Positions 50,809 to 59,716 of a stretch of 64,000 nt of DNA are shown here, piece after piece. The stretch lies in contig CAZWMG010000004.1 of NCBI GenBank assembly GCA_964634945.1, forward strand, positions 52,528-116,527. The letters run 5' to 3'. The position numbers were made by a program, and so were the translations under genes. This DNA is from an uncultured Planctomycetia bacterium. GTDB taxonomy: Bacteria; Omnitrophota; Gorgyraeia; JABMRG01. The notes beneath the pieces are model-generated. The model was given only the letters and a program-made list of their open reading frames with translations, did not search any database and was not told the origin of the DNA. The first letter of the stretch is position 1. Each line of letters starts with the position of its first letter.

Positions 50809-51897
50809 ATGAAAAGAAAACCAAAAATAGAGAAGCGAAAACCGAAAAAGCATCTTATGACAGGAAATGAAGCTATTGGTGAGGGGGCGGTTCGCGCGGG
50901 ATGCGATCTCTACGCGGGATACCCTATTACGCCGCAGAATGAGCTTACCGCTTTTATGTCAAGGAGGATGCATGAGAAGAAAAGGATATTCATCCAGTCA
51001 GAAAGTGAGATATCTGCGATAAGCATGGTCTTTGGGGCTTCATTGACAGGCAAGCGGGCGATGACTTCTTCGTCGAGCCCTGGGATTAGTTTAAAGCAGG
51101 AAGGCATATCGTATCTCGCGGGTTGTCGTCTTCCGGGTGTAATAGTAAATGTTACGCGCGGCGGTCCCGGGTTAGGTAATATATCACCTAGTCAGGCAGA
51201 CTATTTTCAGGCAACAAAAGGTGGTGGCCATGGGGACTATCATGTTATAGTGTTGGCGCCTTCAACAGCCCAAGAGGCGATGAGCCTTACTATGTTAGCG
51301 TTCGATCTCGCGGATACTTATAGGTGCCCGGCTATGATACTTACAGATGGCATGTTAGGGCAGATGATGGAACCTGTCGAGATATCTAAGTTTAAATTTA
51401 AAAATTCAAATTCTGTTAGTAAAAAATGGGCATTGACAGGCGCTAAAGGGAGAAAGCCGCAATTTATTAAGTCGCTTTATCTCAAACCAGGCGGCTTAGA
51501 AAGACACAATACTAACCTGCAAGCCACTTATAATGAGATAAAAAAAAGAGAGGTAAGATGCGAGTCTCTGTATTGCAATAACGCGGAACTTATTGTGGTT
51601 GCTTATGGTAGTGTCAGTCGTATTGTACGCGCGGCGGTCAAACGCTTAAAAAGTAAGGGAAAACATGTAGGCATGCTAAGGCCCATATCTCTGTGGCCGT
51701 TTCCGGAGAAGGCATTAAAAAAGTATACAAATAAAACAAAGAGGTTTTTAGTAATAGAGATGAGCGCGGGCCAGATGATAGAAGATGTCAAGCTTGCGGT
51801 AGAGGGGAACGCAAAGGTAGATTTCTACGGCAGGACAGGAGGCGGCATCCCTACGCAGAAAGAGGTTGAGGCCAGGATCTCTAGGTGTCTAAGATGA
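50809..51897 (+). CDS. 2-oxoacid:ferredoxin oxidoreductase alpha subunit (start uncertain; the track ORF begins at 50746)
   Basis: TGNEAIGEGAVRAGCDLYAGYPITPQNE N-terminal signature. Confidence 0.75.
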   Translation: MKRKPKIEKRKPKKHLMTGNEAIGEGAVRAGCDLYAGYPITPQNELTAFMSRRMHEKKRIFIQSESEISAISMVFGASLTGKRAMTSSSSPGISLKQEGISYLAGCRLPGVIVNVTRGGPGLGNISPSQADYFQATKGGGHGDYHVIVLAPSTAQEAMSLTMLAFDLADTYRCPAMILTDGMLGQMMEPVEISKFKFKNSNSVSKKWALTGAKGRKPQFIKSLYLKPGGLERHNTNLQATYNEIKKREVRCESLYCNNAELIVVAYGSVSRIVRAAVKRLKSKGKHVGMLRPISLWPFPEKALKKYTNKTKRFLVIEMSAGQMIEDVKLAVEGNAKVDFYGRTGGGIPTQKEVEARISRCLR

Positions 51898-52631
51898 AAA
51901 AAATATTTCAAAGATCTAAGTCCACGTTGGACGTAGCGACGCATTATTGCGCAGGTTGTGGGCATGGTATTATCCACAGGCTTATCGCGGAGATTATAGA
52001 TGAACTCAAGGTCCGCGAGAAAATTATAGCGATTGCGCCTGTTGGGTGCGCTGTCTTAGCTTATGATTATTGGAATTTTGATACAACAGAGGCGGCGCAT
52101 GGTAGATGCCCCGCGGTTGCCACAGCGATAAAGAGATTACGTCCTGAAAATATAGTATTTACATATCAGGGAGATGGAGATTTAGCGTCAATAGGTATCG
52201 CGGAGACTATACATGCCGCTAATAGAGGGGAAAACATTACTATTGTATTTGTGAATAATGGCGTATATGGGATGACAGGCGGGCAGATGGCCCCGACAAC
52301 TCTTATAGGGCAAAAGACAGCCACTTCTTTGTTAGGCAGGGATTCCATTTCAGATGGAAACCCCATGAAGATGCTTGAAATGCTCGCTGTTTTGGATAGT
52401 GTAAAATATTTGGAAAGGGTTTCGGTGCATTCTCCCCGGCATGTTTTAAAGACCAAACAGGCAATAAGAAAGGCGTTTAAAAATCAGATTAATAATAAAG
52501 GTTTTTCCATGGTTGAGGTTCTTTCCATGTGCCCAACATATACAAGCCGCTCGATAGAGGCGTCTATTCAATGGATTAAAGAGAGGGTGTTGAAAGACTA
52601 CCCGCTAGGCATTATCAAGGATGAAGGTTAA
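51885..52631 (+). CDS. 2-oxoacid:ferredoxin oxidoreductase beta subunit (TPP-binding)
   Basis: HYCAGCGHG, GDGD..IG TPP motif. Confidence 0.8.
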   Translation: MSKMKKIFQRSKSTLDVATHYCAGCGHGIIHRLIAEIIDELKVREKIIAIAPVGCAVLAYDYWNFDTTEAAHGRCPAVATAIKRLRPENIVFTYQGDGDLASIGIAETIHAANRGENITIVFVNNGVYGMTGGQMAPTTLIGQKTATSLLGRDSISDGNPMKMLEMLAVLDSVKYLERVSVHSPRHVLKTKQAIRKAFKNQINNKGFSMVEVLSMCPTYTSRSIEASIQWIKERVLKDYPLGIIKDEG

Positions 52632-53190
52632 GAGCATGAAAGACGAGAGAATAATATGCGCCGGCTTTGGCGGCCAAGGCATAATGATACTGGGTAAGTT
52701 GATTGCCTACAGCGTAATGGAAAGAAACTACAATGTTACATGGATGCCGTCATATGGCGCGGAGGTAAGGGGTGGTACCGCTCATTGCATGGTTATTGTC
52801 TCGGATAAAGAGATCGCCTCGCCAATAACTTCTTATTGCGATACGGCCATTATATTGAATAACCCATCCATGGATAAGTTCCGCTCAATAATTAGCCCGC
52901 GTTCGATCCAAACAGGTAGGCGGGGCCTTATTATACTTAATAGTTCGCTTGTTACTAAAGAGGTCAAGAGAAAAGATGTCGATATTCTCAGGATTCCTAT
53001 GACGGAGATCGCGCTTGAGCTCGGGAATGTACGAGCGGCGAATATGGTCGCGCTTGGCGCGTATATGAAGTTAAGAGGATTATTTGTTAAGAAAGATGTT
53101 ATTAGAGGCATAAGGATAGCCTTTTCAGGTAACAAAGATATTATAGATATCAATATAAGGGCATTGGATAGAGGTGAGGCCCTGGCATGA
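52621..53190 (+). CDS. 2-oxoacid:ferredoxin oxidoreductase gamma subunit
   Basis: IICAGFGGQGI motif. Translationally coupled to beta. Confidence 0.75.
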   Translation: MKVKSMKDERIICAGFGGQGIMILGKLIAYSVMERNYNVTWMPSYGAEVRGGTAHCMVIVSDKEIASPITSYCDTAIILNNPSMDKFRSIISPRSIQTGRRGLIILNSSLVTKEVKRKDVDILRIPMTEIALELGNVRAANMVALGAYMKLRGLFVKKDVIRGIRIAFSGNKDIIDINIRALDRGEALA

Positions 53191-54536
53191 ATAATAAAAC
53201 GCAGATAGAAAAAGGCAAACAAGTCAATCTCAATAATGGTGTAAGAGTCCGCTTTGCCCCCTCACCCACAGGTTCCCTGCATATAGGCAGCGCTAGAACA
53301 GCGCTGTTTAATTGGCTGTATGCCAGGAATCAAGGTGGCGAGTTCATATTACGTATAGAGGATACGGATAAAGAGCGTTCCGACGAACAACATATAGATG
53401 AGATACTATCGAGCCTGAAATGGCTGGGCTTAAATTGGGATGGCGAGGTATTGTATCAAAGCAAAAGATTTGATATCTATAAGCAATATGCTGAAGAGCT
53501 TGTAGCCCAGGAAAAGGCTTATTATGAAGAGTCAGATAAAGGCAGGGCCATCAAATTAAAGGTTATAAAGGATGAGCCCATTATCTTTTATGACGCGGTC
53601 CATGACAAGATAGAGGTCAACTCAAATACTGTCGATGACTTTGTAATCATAAAATCAGATGGTTCCCCAACATATAATTTTGCATGCGTAGTAGATGACG
53701 CGGATATGAATATAACGCATATAATAAGAGGCGATGACCACATTACAAATACCTCGAAACAGCTGATCATATATCAGGCCTTAGGCAAAAAGCCGCCGAA
53801 ATTCGCGCACATACCATTGATTCTTGGCGAGGATAAGTCGCGCATGTCAAAGCGACACGGCGCTACATCGATACAAGAGTACAAAACAAGAGGGTATTTT
53901 TCCAAGGCGCTTGTGAACTTTTTATCGCTTATGGGCTGGTCGCCAAAAGATGACAGAGAAAAGATGAGCCTTGACCAGATAGTAAAGCTGTTTTCTTTAA
54001 AGGCGATCGTTAAGACGGGCGCCGTGTTTAATATACAGAAACTTAACTGGCTAAATGGAGAATATATAAGAGAAGCGCCTATCAGTGAACTTACGGATTT
54101 TGTGGCAGCGCACCTGACAGAGAAAGGCATAATCAAAGAAGATTGTGATAGACAATGGCTCGAGGCTGTTGTAAAATCTTTCCAAACACGCTTCTGTAAT
54201 ATAGATGATTTTATCGAACGGTCAGGGTTTTTGTTCAGTGAGGATATTGATATAGACCAGTCGATTGTTAGCGAGCACCTAAGCAATGAAAAGACGCGTA
54301 ATTTGCTCTTAAAATTAAAACAGAGCCTTGAAACGCTAGATCCGTTTACAGTAGAGTCGATAGAGCAGGCAGTACGTTCTTTAGCAGCTGTGGAAGAAGT
54401 TAAGGCAGCGGATATAATACATCCGGCACGTGCGGCATTGACAGGCAGAACAGCCGCACCGGGAATATTTGACGTAATACACCTTATTGGAAAAGAGCGA
54501 GCAATTAAACGCTTAGATAAGGCTATAAAGCATTAA
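53187..54536 (+). CDS. gltX: Glutamyl-tRNA synthetase
   Basis: HIGSART (HIGH), KMSKR (KMSKS). Confidence 0.9.
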   Translation: MNNKTQIEKGKQVNLNNGVRVRFAPSPTGSLHIGSARTALFNWLYARNQGGEFILRIEDTDKERSDEQHIDEILSSLKWLGLNWDGEVLYQSKRFDIYKQYAEELVAQEKAYYEESDKGRAIKLKVIKDEPIIFYDAVHDKIEVNSNTVDDFVIIKSDGSPTYNFACVVDDADMNITHIIRGDDHITNTSKQLIIYQALGKKPPKFAHIPLILGEDKSRMSKRHGATSIQEYKTRGYFSKALVNFLSLMGWSPKDDREKMSLDQIVKLFSLKAIVKTGAVFNIQKLNWLNGEYIREAPISELTDFVAAHLTEKGIIKEDCDRQWLEAVVKSFQTRFCNIDDFIERSGFLFSEDIDIDQSIVSEHLSNEKTRNLLLKLKQSLETLDPFTVESIEQAVRSLAAVEEVKAADIIHPARAALTGRTAAPGIFDVIHLIGKERAIKRLDKAIKH

Positions 54537-54549
54537 CACAGTTAATCGC

Positions 54550-54717
54550 TGCCCCGTGGTATAATTTTTTAACCATGCATCGTGATTGCAGAGCAATCTC
54601 TGATGCATGGGGCAACACGGCTGATTCTGCAGTGAACCAGAGCCCCGAAGGGGCACGGTACACTGCAGCAGTAAACCGTGTTTTGTGTAACAAAACTCTG
54701 GTTTGCTGCTGGTTCAG
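54550..54717 (+). pseudogene. Degenerate partial copy of the 5' half of tRNA-Gln. Two hairpin-rich insertions interrupt it. The first 24 nt, including a TGgTATAAT, are duplicated from the intact gene.
   Basis: TTAATCGCTGCCCCGTGGTATAAT matches 54748..54771. GGCAACACGGCTGATTCTG and CTGGTTCAG match internal tRNA segments. There is no T-arm or acceptor 3' half. Confidence 0.6.
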
Positions 54718-54755
54718 TATAATATTTATGAAAGAAAAGTTCTCTGATTAATCGC

Positions 54756-54830
54756 TGCCCCGTAGTATAATTGGCAACACGGCTGATTCTGGTTCAGCTA
54801 TTCTTGGTTCGAGTCCAAGCGGGGCAGCCA
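54756..54830 (+). tRNA. tRNA-Gln (CTG)
   Basis: Acceptor TGCCCCG/CGGGGCA, anticodon stem GCTGA/TCAGC with loop TTCTGGT, T-arm CTTGGTTCGAGTCCAAG, CCA. One A-C mismatch in the D-stem. Confidence 0.7.
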
Positions 54831-54892
54831 TCAGCCTTCGCGCTTTTAACGCGCAGGTTACTTATGCGCTACGGCTGATTGGCTAGCATATT

Positions 54893-55144
54893 ATGTATTA
54901 CACCTATATTCTTAGAAGCAAGAAAGATAATAGTAAATTCTATATTGGATATACAGCTAATTTAGAGAAGCGGTTAAAGGAGCATAACGAAAGTAGAATG
55001 TTGTATACTAAGCGTCATGCTCCTTGGTATGTAGAGACATACGTATCATTCACTAATCAGCAGCTAGCCAAGCAGTTTGAACAATATCTCAAAAGTGGTT
55101 CTGGCAAAACATTTCTCAAGCGAAGGCTGACAAGTCAGCCGTAG
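54893..55144 (+). CDS. Standalone GIY-YIG nuclease-domain protein (YhbQ/UPF0213-like), 83 aa
   Basis: YYTYIL and FYIGYT motifs, plus conserved R and E (KEHN). Confidence 0.75.
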   Translation: MYYTYILRSKKDNSKFYIGYTANLEKRLKEHNESRMLYTKRHAPWYVETYVSFTNQQLAKQFEQYLKSGSGKTFLKRRLTSQP

Positions 55145-55246
55145 CTGCCAAGTTATATTGCCTGAGAAAATGCGAAGGCTGATGGCACATGGATAAGGCC
55201 GGCGAAGCCTGGACACGATATAGCCTGTTGCAAAGGCGAAGCTGTG

Positions 55247-55262
55247 CCAAGCGGGGCAGCCA
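55247..55262 (+). repeat. 16-bp direct repeat (CCAAGCGGGGCAGCCA) identical to the 3' end of tRNA-Gln (54815..54830). Together they bracket the GIY-YIG cassette.
   Basis: Exact match seen in sequence. Confidence 0.9.
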
Positions 55263-55287
55263 CATTGTATGCGCAACACTTATGAAG

Positions 55288-55983
55288 GGATATTCTATCA
55301 TGCCGCATATAAAAGGAAAGACAGTAATACAGGACAGGTTTGTTCATCTCCTTGTAGTGCTTCTGTCGCTTTTTTTGTTATATCCATTTTTCCAGGATAC
55401 AGAAGCCACGATTCCCGTTGTTCCATTGATATTTTTAATATCGATCGTATTGATTTTAAGGGCCCTTCGCCTTCATAGAAAAATATTTAAGTTTTCTATA
55501 GCTATAGCAGCCCTTGTCTATCTGGCAGATCTCTTCTTTGCCTTTGAAAAGATTATTTACCTTAAAGAACTTTTTGCGGTAATTACTGCCCTTATATATA
55601 CGGGTTTTCTTATTATAGCGATCATAGCTCTTACCAGAAAACTCTTCTCTGTGAGAAAAGTTAGTACCGATACTATAGTTGGCGGGATATGCGTATATAT
55701 GCTTATTGGATTTCTATGGACACTTCTCTATTACCTTATATATAGTTTTGATAAGGGCGCTTTTTCTCTGCAGGCGCAAAACGCTAACCCTAATCTCTTT
55801 TATTTTAGCTTTACTACATTAACCACAACCGGTTTTGGCGATATATATCCGTTGGACAAGGTTGCCATGGCGCTAGCAAGCCTGGAGGCTGTAGTCGGGC
55901 AGATATATCTTGCTGTGCTTATTGCGCGATTGGTAGGCCTTCATGTTATCAACCAGATGGAACGAGATATCCAAAAAAAATAG
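55288..55983 (+). CDS. Two-TM potassium-channel-like protein (selectivity filter TTTGFGD). Start uncertain; the track ORF begins at 55189.
   Basis: Pore helix plus TTTGFGD signature, with flanking TM helices. Confidence 0.65.
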   Translation, partial: GYSIMPHIKGKTVIQDRFVHLLVVLLSLFLLYPFFQDTEATIPVVPLIFLISIVLILRALRLHRKIFKFSIAIAALVYLADLFFAFEKIIYLKELFAVITALIYTGFLIIAIIALTRKLFSVRKVSTDTIVGGICVYMLIGFLWTLLYYLIYSFDKGAFSLQAQNANPNLFYFSFTTLTTTGFGDIYPLDKVAMALASLEAVVGQIYLAVLIARLVGLHVINQMERDIQKK

Positions 55984-56044
55984 CAAGCCTTTTTTTAAAT
56001 AATTTACTCAAACCCCCCCACAAGAAAGTTTAACAGATTAAAAT

Positions 56045-57199
56045 ATGCAAAAAGAGTACGAGATAGATATATATAGCCTCGCTTACGGAGGAGATGGCAT
56101 AGGAAGGCTCGATGAGAAGGTCTGCTTTGTAGCGGGCGCCTTGCCCGGCGAGAGGGTCTGTTTTAAAAAACAGGTTGAAAAGAAGAGTTTTATACGGGGT
56201 GTGACCACAAAGGTTCTTACAAGATCAAACGACCGCATAGAACCTGTTTGCCAGTATTATGGTAAATGCGGAGGATGTCAATACCAGCATATTGATTACA
56301 AAAAAGAGGTATTTTATAAGGCCCAGCAGGTTCAAGACATCTTTAAGCGTATCGGCGGCTTTGAAGAATTTGAGTTTCAGGGCATAAAACCCTCTTCTTC
56401 GGAATACGGGTATCGTTCGTCCATTACGCTTCATAAATCGGCCGATGGCTACGGCTATTTTACAAAGCATGATAACATTATTATTCCTATAAAGTCATGC
56501 CCGCTTGCTGTTGATAGCATTAATACAACTTTTGCCACGCTCTCCGATCTTACCAATAAAAGAGACGTTACAATCAAGTGCGATAATTTAGGTAATACAT
56601 GGATAAGCGGCTATCAGGGGCATAGATTTTTTAAGGATAGTTTTTTGAATGCAGAACTCACGTTTTCACCAATGGCGTTTTCGCAATCAAACAAGCACAT
56701 CGCTCCCACTATAGTAGAGCTGCTTCGCGAATGGATGAAAGATGAGGAGAGCGCCACACTTTTTGATCTCTATTGTGGAGTAGGTTTTTTTAGTATGCTT
56801 CTTAGTTATATGTTTAAGACCATTATTGCTATAGATGACAACAGCGTGGCCATAGATTGCGCCAAGGCTACCAAAAAAAATATTTCTGCTGATAAGATAA
56901 AATTTTATTGCGGGGACACGGATATAATCTTTCCTTCCTGTTATGAGAGGTCGCATTCTGCGACAAACACCATCCTTATTGATCCCCCCCGCACAGGCAT
57001 AAGCAAAAAGCTCGTTAATATCTTAATGGATATAAAGGACACAAAGAGCCTGTATTACATATCATGCGATCCAGCCACACTCGCGCGTGACGCGAAGCTT
57101 CTTACGCAGTCAGGCACGTGGACATTAAGCCGTGTTAGCTCATTCGATATGTTTCCCCGAACAAAACACATTGAATCCGTTGCCTTATTTAAAAGGTGA
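56045..57199 (+). CDS. rlmD: RumA/RlmD-family 23S rRNA (uracil-C5)-methyltransferase (TRAM + Fe-S + SAM MTase)
   Basis: TRAM N-terminus. 4-Cys cluster CQYYGKCGGCQYQH. SAM motif DLYCGVG. C-terminal catalytic YISCDP motif. Confidence 0.8.
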   Translation: MQKEYEIDIYSLAYGGDGIGRLDEKVCFVAGALPGERVCFKKQVEKKSFIRGVTTKVLTRSNDRIEPVCQYYGKCGGCQYQHIDYKKEVFYKAQQVQDIFKRIGGFEEFEFQGIKPSSSEYGYRSSITLHKSADGYGYFTKHDNIIIPIKSCPLAVDSINTTFATLSDLTNKRDVTIKCDNLGNTWISGYQGHRFFKDSFLNAELTFSPMAFSQSNKHIAPTIVELLREWMKDEESATLFDLYCGVGFFSMLLSYMFKTIIAIDDNSVAIDCAKATKKNISADKIKFYCGDTDIIFPSCYERSHSATNTILIDPPRTGISKKLVNILMDIKDTKSLYYISCDPATLARDAKLLTQSGTWTLSRVSSFDMFPRTKHIESVALFKR

Positions 57200-57254
57200 T
57201 AAGCAAGATAGTCCTTATGTGCCACAACCGTTATTCCATATCAAAAAATACATT

Positions 57255-58001
57255 AAATAGGGACAGCGCCCATTTAAATTTTTTCTTGCTTATGGGCGAT
57301 TCCTGTAATATTATATATTCATGCCAAGAACCGCAAGAATAGTTTTCGAAGAATATCCGCACCATATCACTCAAAAAGGAAATTACGGGCAGAAGGTATT
57401 TACTAAAAATTCCGAATACAGTATTTACCTCGAATGGCTAAATGAATATGCTATCAAGTATAAATTAAGCATACTTGCATATTGCCTTATGCCCAACCAT
57501 GTTCATTTTGCTGCTATTCCAAATAAGTCCGATTCTCTATCCAAGACTTTTAATACATGTCATATGCGTTATGCGCAGTATTTTAACAAACGCAATAGAA
57601 TTTCAGGCCACTTGTGGAAAGGCAGATTTTATTCCGCTGTTTTAGATGATAATCATTTATATTACGTTGTAAGATACATAGAAAATAACCCGGTGCGAGC
57701 CAAGCTTGTAAAAAGAGCGGGGGATTGGAAGTGGTCGAGTGCGAATACCCATTTAAATGGCGCAAAAAGTATTTTGCATCTGGGCAACATAAGGAAATAT
57801 ATTGATAATATAGACTGGGCAGACTATCTGCAAAAAAGAGAAGATGACGCAATTGTCAAAACCATAAGAGATACGACACTGAGCGGGAAGCCCATGGGAA
57901 GTGATTCGTTTATAGAAAAGCTAGAAAAACTATCAGGAAAAAGTTTAAGGACATTACCGCGCGGCAGGCCTCGGCAAAAATAAATGGGCGCTGTCCCTAT
58001 T
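57255..58001 (+). mobile_element. IS200/IS605-type Y1 (REP-associated tyrosine transposase-like) unit. 21-nt imperfect-palindromic ends in inverted orientation (57255..57275 and 57981..58001) flank the transposase gene.
   Basis: AAATAGGGACAGCGCCCATTT on the left is the exact reverse complement of AAATGGGCGCTGTCCCTATTT on the right. Confidence 0.7.
57321..57983 (+). CDS. Y1 HUH transposase (IS200-like / RAYT family)
   Basis: HUH motif MPNHVHF. Catalytic Tyr region YIENNPVRAKLV. 220 aa. No tnpB partner. Confidence 0.8.
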   Translation: MPRTARIVFEEYPHHITQKGNYGQKVFTKNSEYSIYLEWLNEYAIKYKLSILAYCLMPNHVHFAAIPNKSDSLSKTFNTCHMRYAQYFNKRNRISGHLWKGRFYSAVLDDNHLYYVVRYIENNPVRAKLVKRAGDWKWSSANTHLNGAKSILHLGNIRKYIDNIDWADYLQKREDDAIVKTIRDTTLSGKPMGSDSFIEKLEKLSGKSLRTLPRGRPRQK

Positions 58002-58202
58002 TAACGGCTTTTTTGACTATAGCGGGAATCCCTCTAACATGTTCGATATCAAATGGGCTCGCCTTCGGGTTTACAGCGTATCCTATGTGCAAGATATTTT
58101 CCAGATATAAAAACAGCATTAATTTGGATTATTATTGAAATGTATTGTTTAAGCAGATAGAATATTAGATAGTATAAGTATATTCCCAAAAAAGGAGGAC
58201 GT

Positions 58203-58568
58203 ATGCCGCTAGAGGTAATGGTATTAGAAAAAGAAGAGGGTGTGTTTGTTGTCTCTCCAACAGGTTCTGTTGACTCGGATACTTACTTGGTTTTAGAAAA
58301 AGAAGTGGATATGATTTTAGAAAAAAAACCCAAGGTAGTTATCTTTGACATGCGCGGAGTAAACTATATAAGCAGTTCCGGTTTAGGGGTTGTCTTTAAA
58401 GCAAAAAAGACCCTTAGGCAGAACCAGGGAAAGCTCTATCTTGTAAATCTTACTCCGCCGGTAAAAAAAGTATTTGATGTTGTAAATGCCCTTCCTGAGC
58501 AGGAGGTCTTCGCGAGCGTAGAAGAGCTGGATAACTATCTCGATAAGATACAGAACGAAGAGCGCTGA
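58203..58568 (+). CDS. STAS-domain anti-sigma-factor antagonist (SpoIIAA/RsbV-like)
   Basis: 121 aa. Phospho-serine motif DMRGVNYISSSGLGVV. RBS AAGGAGGA. Confidence 0.8.
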   Translation: MPLEVMVLEKEEGVFVVSPTGSVDSDTYLVLEKEVDMILEKKPKVVIFDMRGVNYISSSGLGVVFKAKKTLRQNQGKLYLVNLTPPVKKVFDVVNALPEQEVFASVEELDNYLDKIQNEER

Positions 58569-58708
58569 TTTTCGGTCTTTGTTTTTCAATTGCAGGTTGT
58601 AGCTAAAACCGGATATAAAACATTATTAGCGTGGAAAGACACCCATTTTGTTTGAAGCCCAAGTAATAGTTATTTATCACTACGACTGTATCAGCCCGGT
58701 ATGAAATT

Positions 58709-59716
58709 ATGCATAAAGTGTCTACGAAAATATTCTTAAATACAGCCATATTAACCTGTCTTTTTCTTGCTATAAATCTTTCATATGCGTCAGAAGATGA
58801 ATTAGAAAAAGCCTCCTTTATCTCTCAATGGGTTCCTCAGGCACAGTTCGCGGGATATTACCTTGCGCATGAAAAGGGGATATATAAAAAATACGGCTTA
58901 GATGTTGATATTATCAATGGCGGGCCGCATATTTCTCCATGTGACTCTCTTAAGGAGAAGAGGGTGGATTTTATCAATATCGGCCTTAATACCGCGATTG
59001 AGGCAAGGGCTAACGGTTTGAACCTTGTCAATATAGGACAACTTGTGCAAAAGTCAGCAATGATGCTGGTGGCTAAGAAATCCAGCGGCATAGAAAAAAT
59101 AGAGGATATAAATAATAAAAAGATAGGCGTATGGACAGGGATCTCGCAAATTCAGGCCTTAAGTTTTATAAAAAAATACAATCTTAACGTGGAGGTCGTG
59201 CCACAGACATATTCTGTAAACCTTTTTCTTCGCGATGGCGTTGATGTGGCATCAGCTACGTGGTACAACGAATACCACACTATTCTTAATTCCGGTTATG
59301 ACGCGGATGAGCTGATAACGTTTTTCTTTAGCGAGTATGATTTGAATTTCCCGGGAGATGGTATCTATACACTGGAGGAGACATTTCAGAGTAGGCCGAA
59401 TTTTTGCGGTGATTTTGTCAGGGCATCTATAGAAGGATGGATCTATGCCTTTACCCATTCGGAGGAAGCCTTAGATATTGTCTTAAGACATACTAAAGAG
59501 GCCAATATCCCCGCGAATAGAATGCATCAGAAGTGGATGCTGGAGAGGATGGAGGATCTGATGCTTATTGATAAGAGCATTGAGATCTCAGGTGTCTTGC
59601 GAAAAGATGATTATTATCGGGTAGCAAAGGAATTAAAAAACGCGGGCATAATAAGCAATATTCCCCCGTTTAATGTTTTTTATAAAGATTGTGATAATTA
59701 TTATGATAAAAAATAG
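58709..59716 (+). CDS. Periplasmic substrate-binding protein (NMT1/THI5- or SsuA/TauA-like ABC-type SBP)
   Basis: Signal peptide and a two-lobe SBP pattern. No permease or ATPase genes adjacent. Confidence 0.6.
   Translation: MHKVSTKIFLNTAILTCLFLAINLSYASEDELEKASFISQWVPQAQFAGYYLAHEKGIYKKYGLDVDIINGGPHISPCDSLKEKRVDFINIGLNTAIEARANGLNLVNIGQLVQKSAMMLVAKKSSGIEKIEDINNKKIGVWTGISQIQALSFIKKYNLNVEVVPQTYSVNLFLRDGVDVASATWYNEYHTILNSGYDADELITFFFSEYDLNFPGDGIYTLEETFQSRPNFCGDFVRASIEGWIYAFTHSEEALDIVLRHTKEANIPANRMHQKWMLERMEDLMLIDKSIEISGVLRKDDYYRVAKELKNAGIISNIPPFNVFYKDCDNYYDKK

Noticed and set aside
54831-55246. Prophage or integrative island at tRNA-Gln
   Set aside because: There are direct repeats, but the enclosed segment is only 416 bp with one GIY-YIG gene and no integrase. 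Described instead as a minimal cassette or scar.
57321-57983. IS605-type tnpA+tnpB unit
   Set aside because: Only the Y1 tnpA-like gene is present. No tnpB/OrfB ORF on either side.
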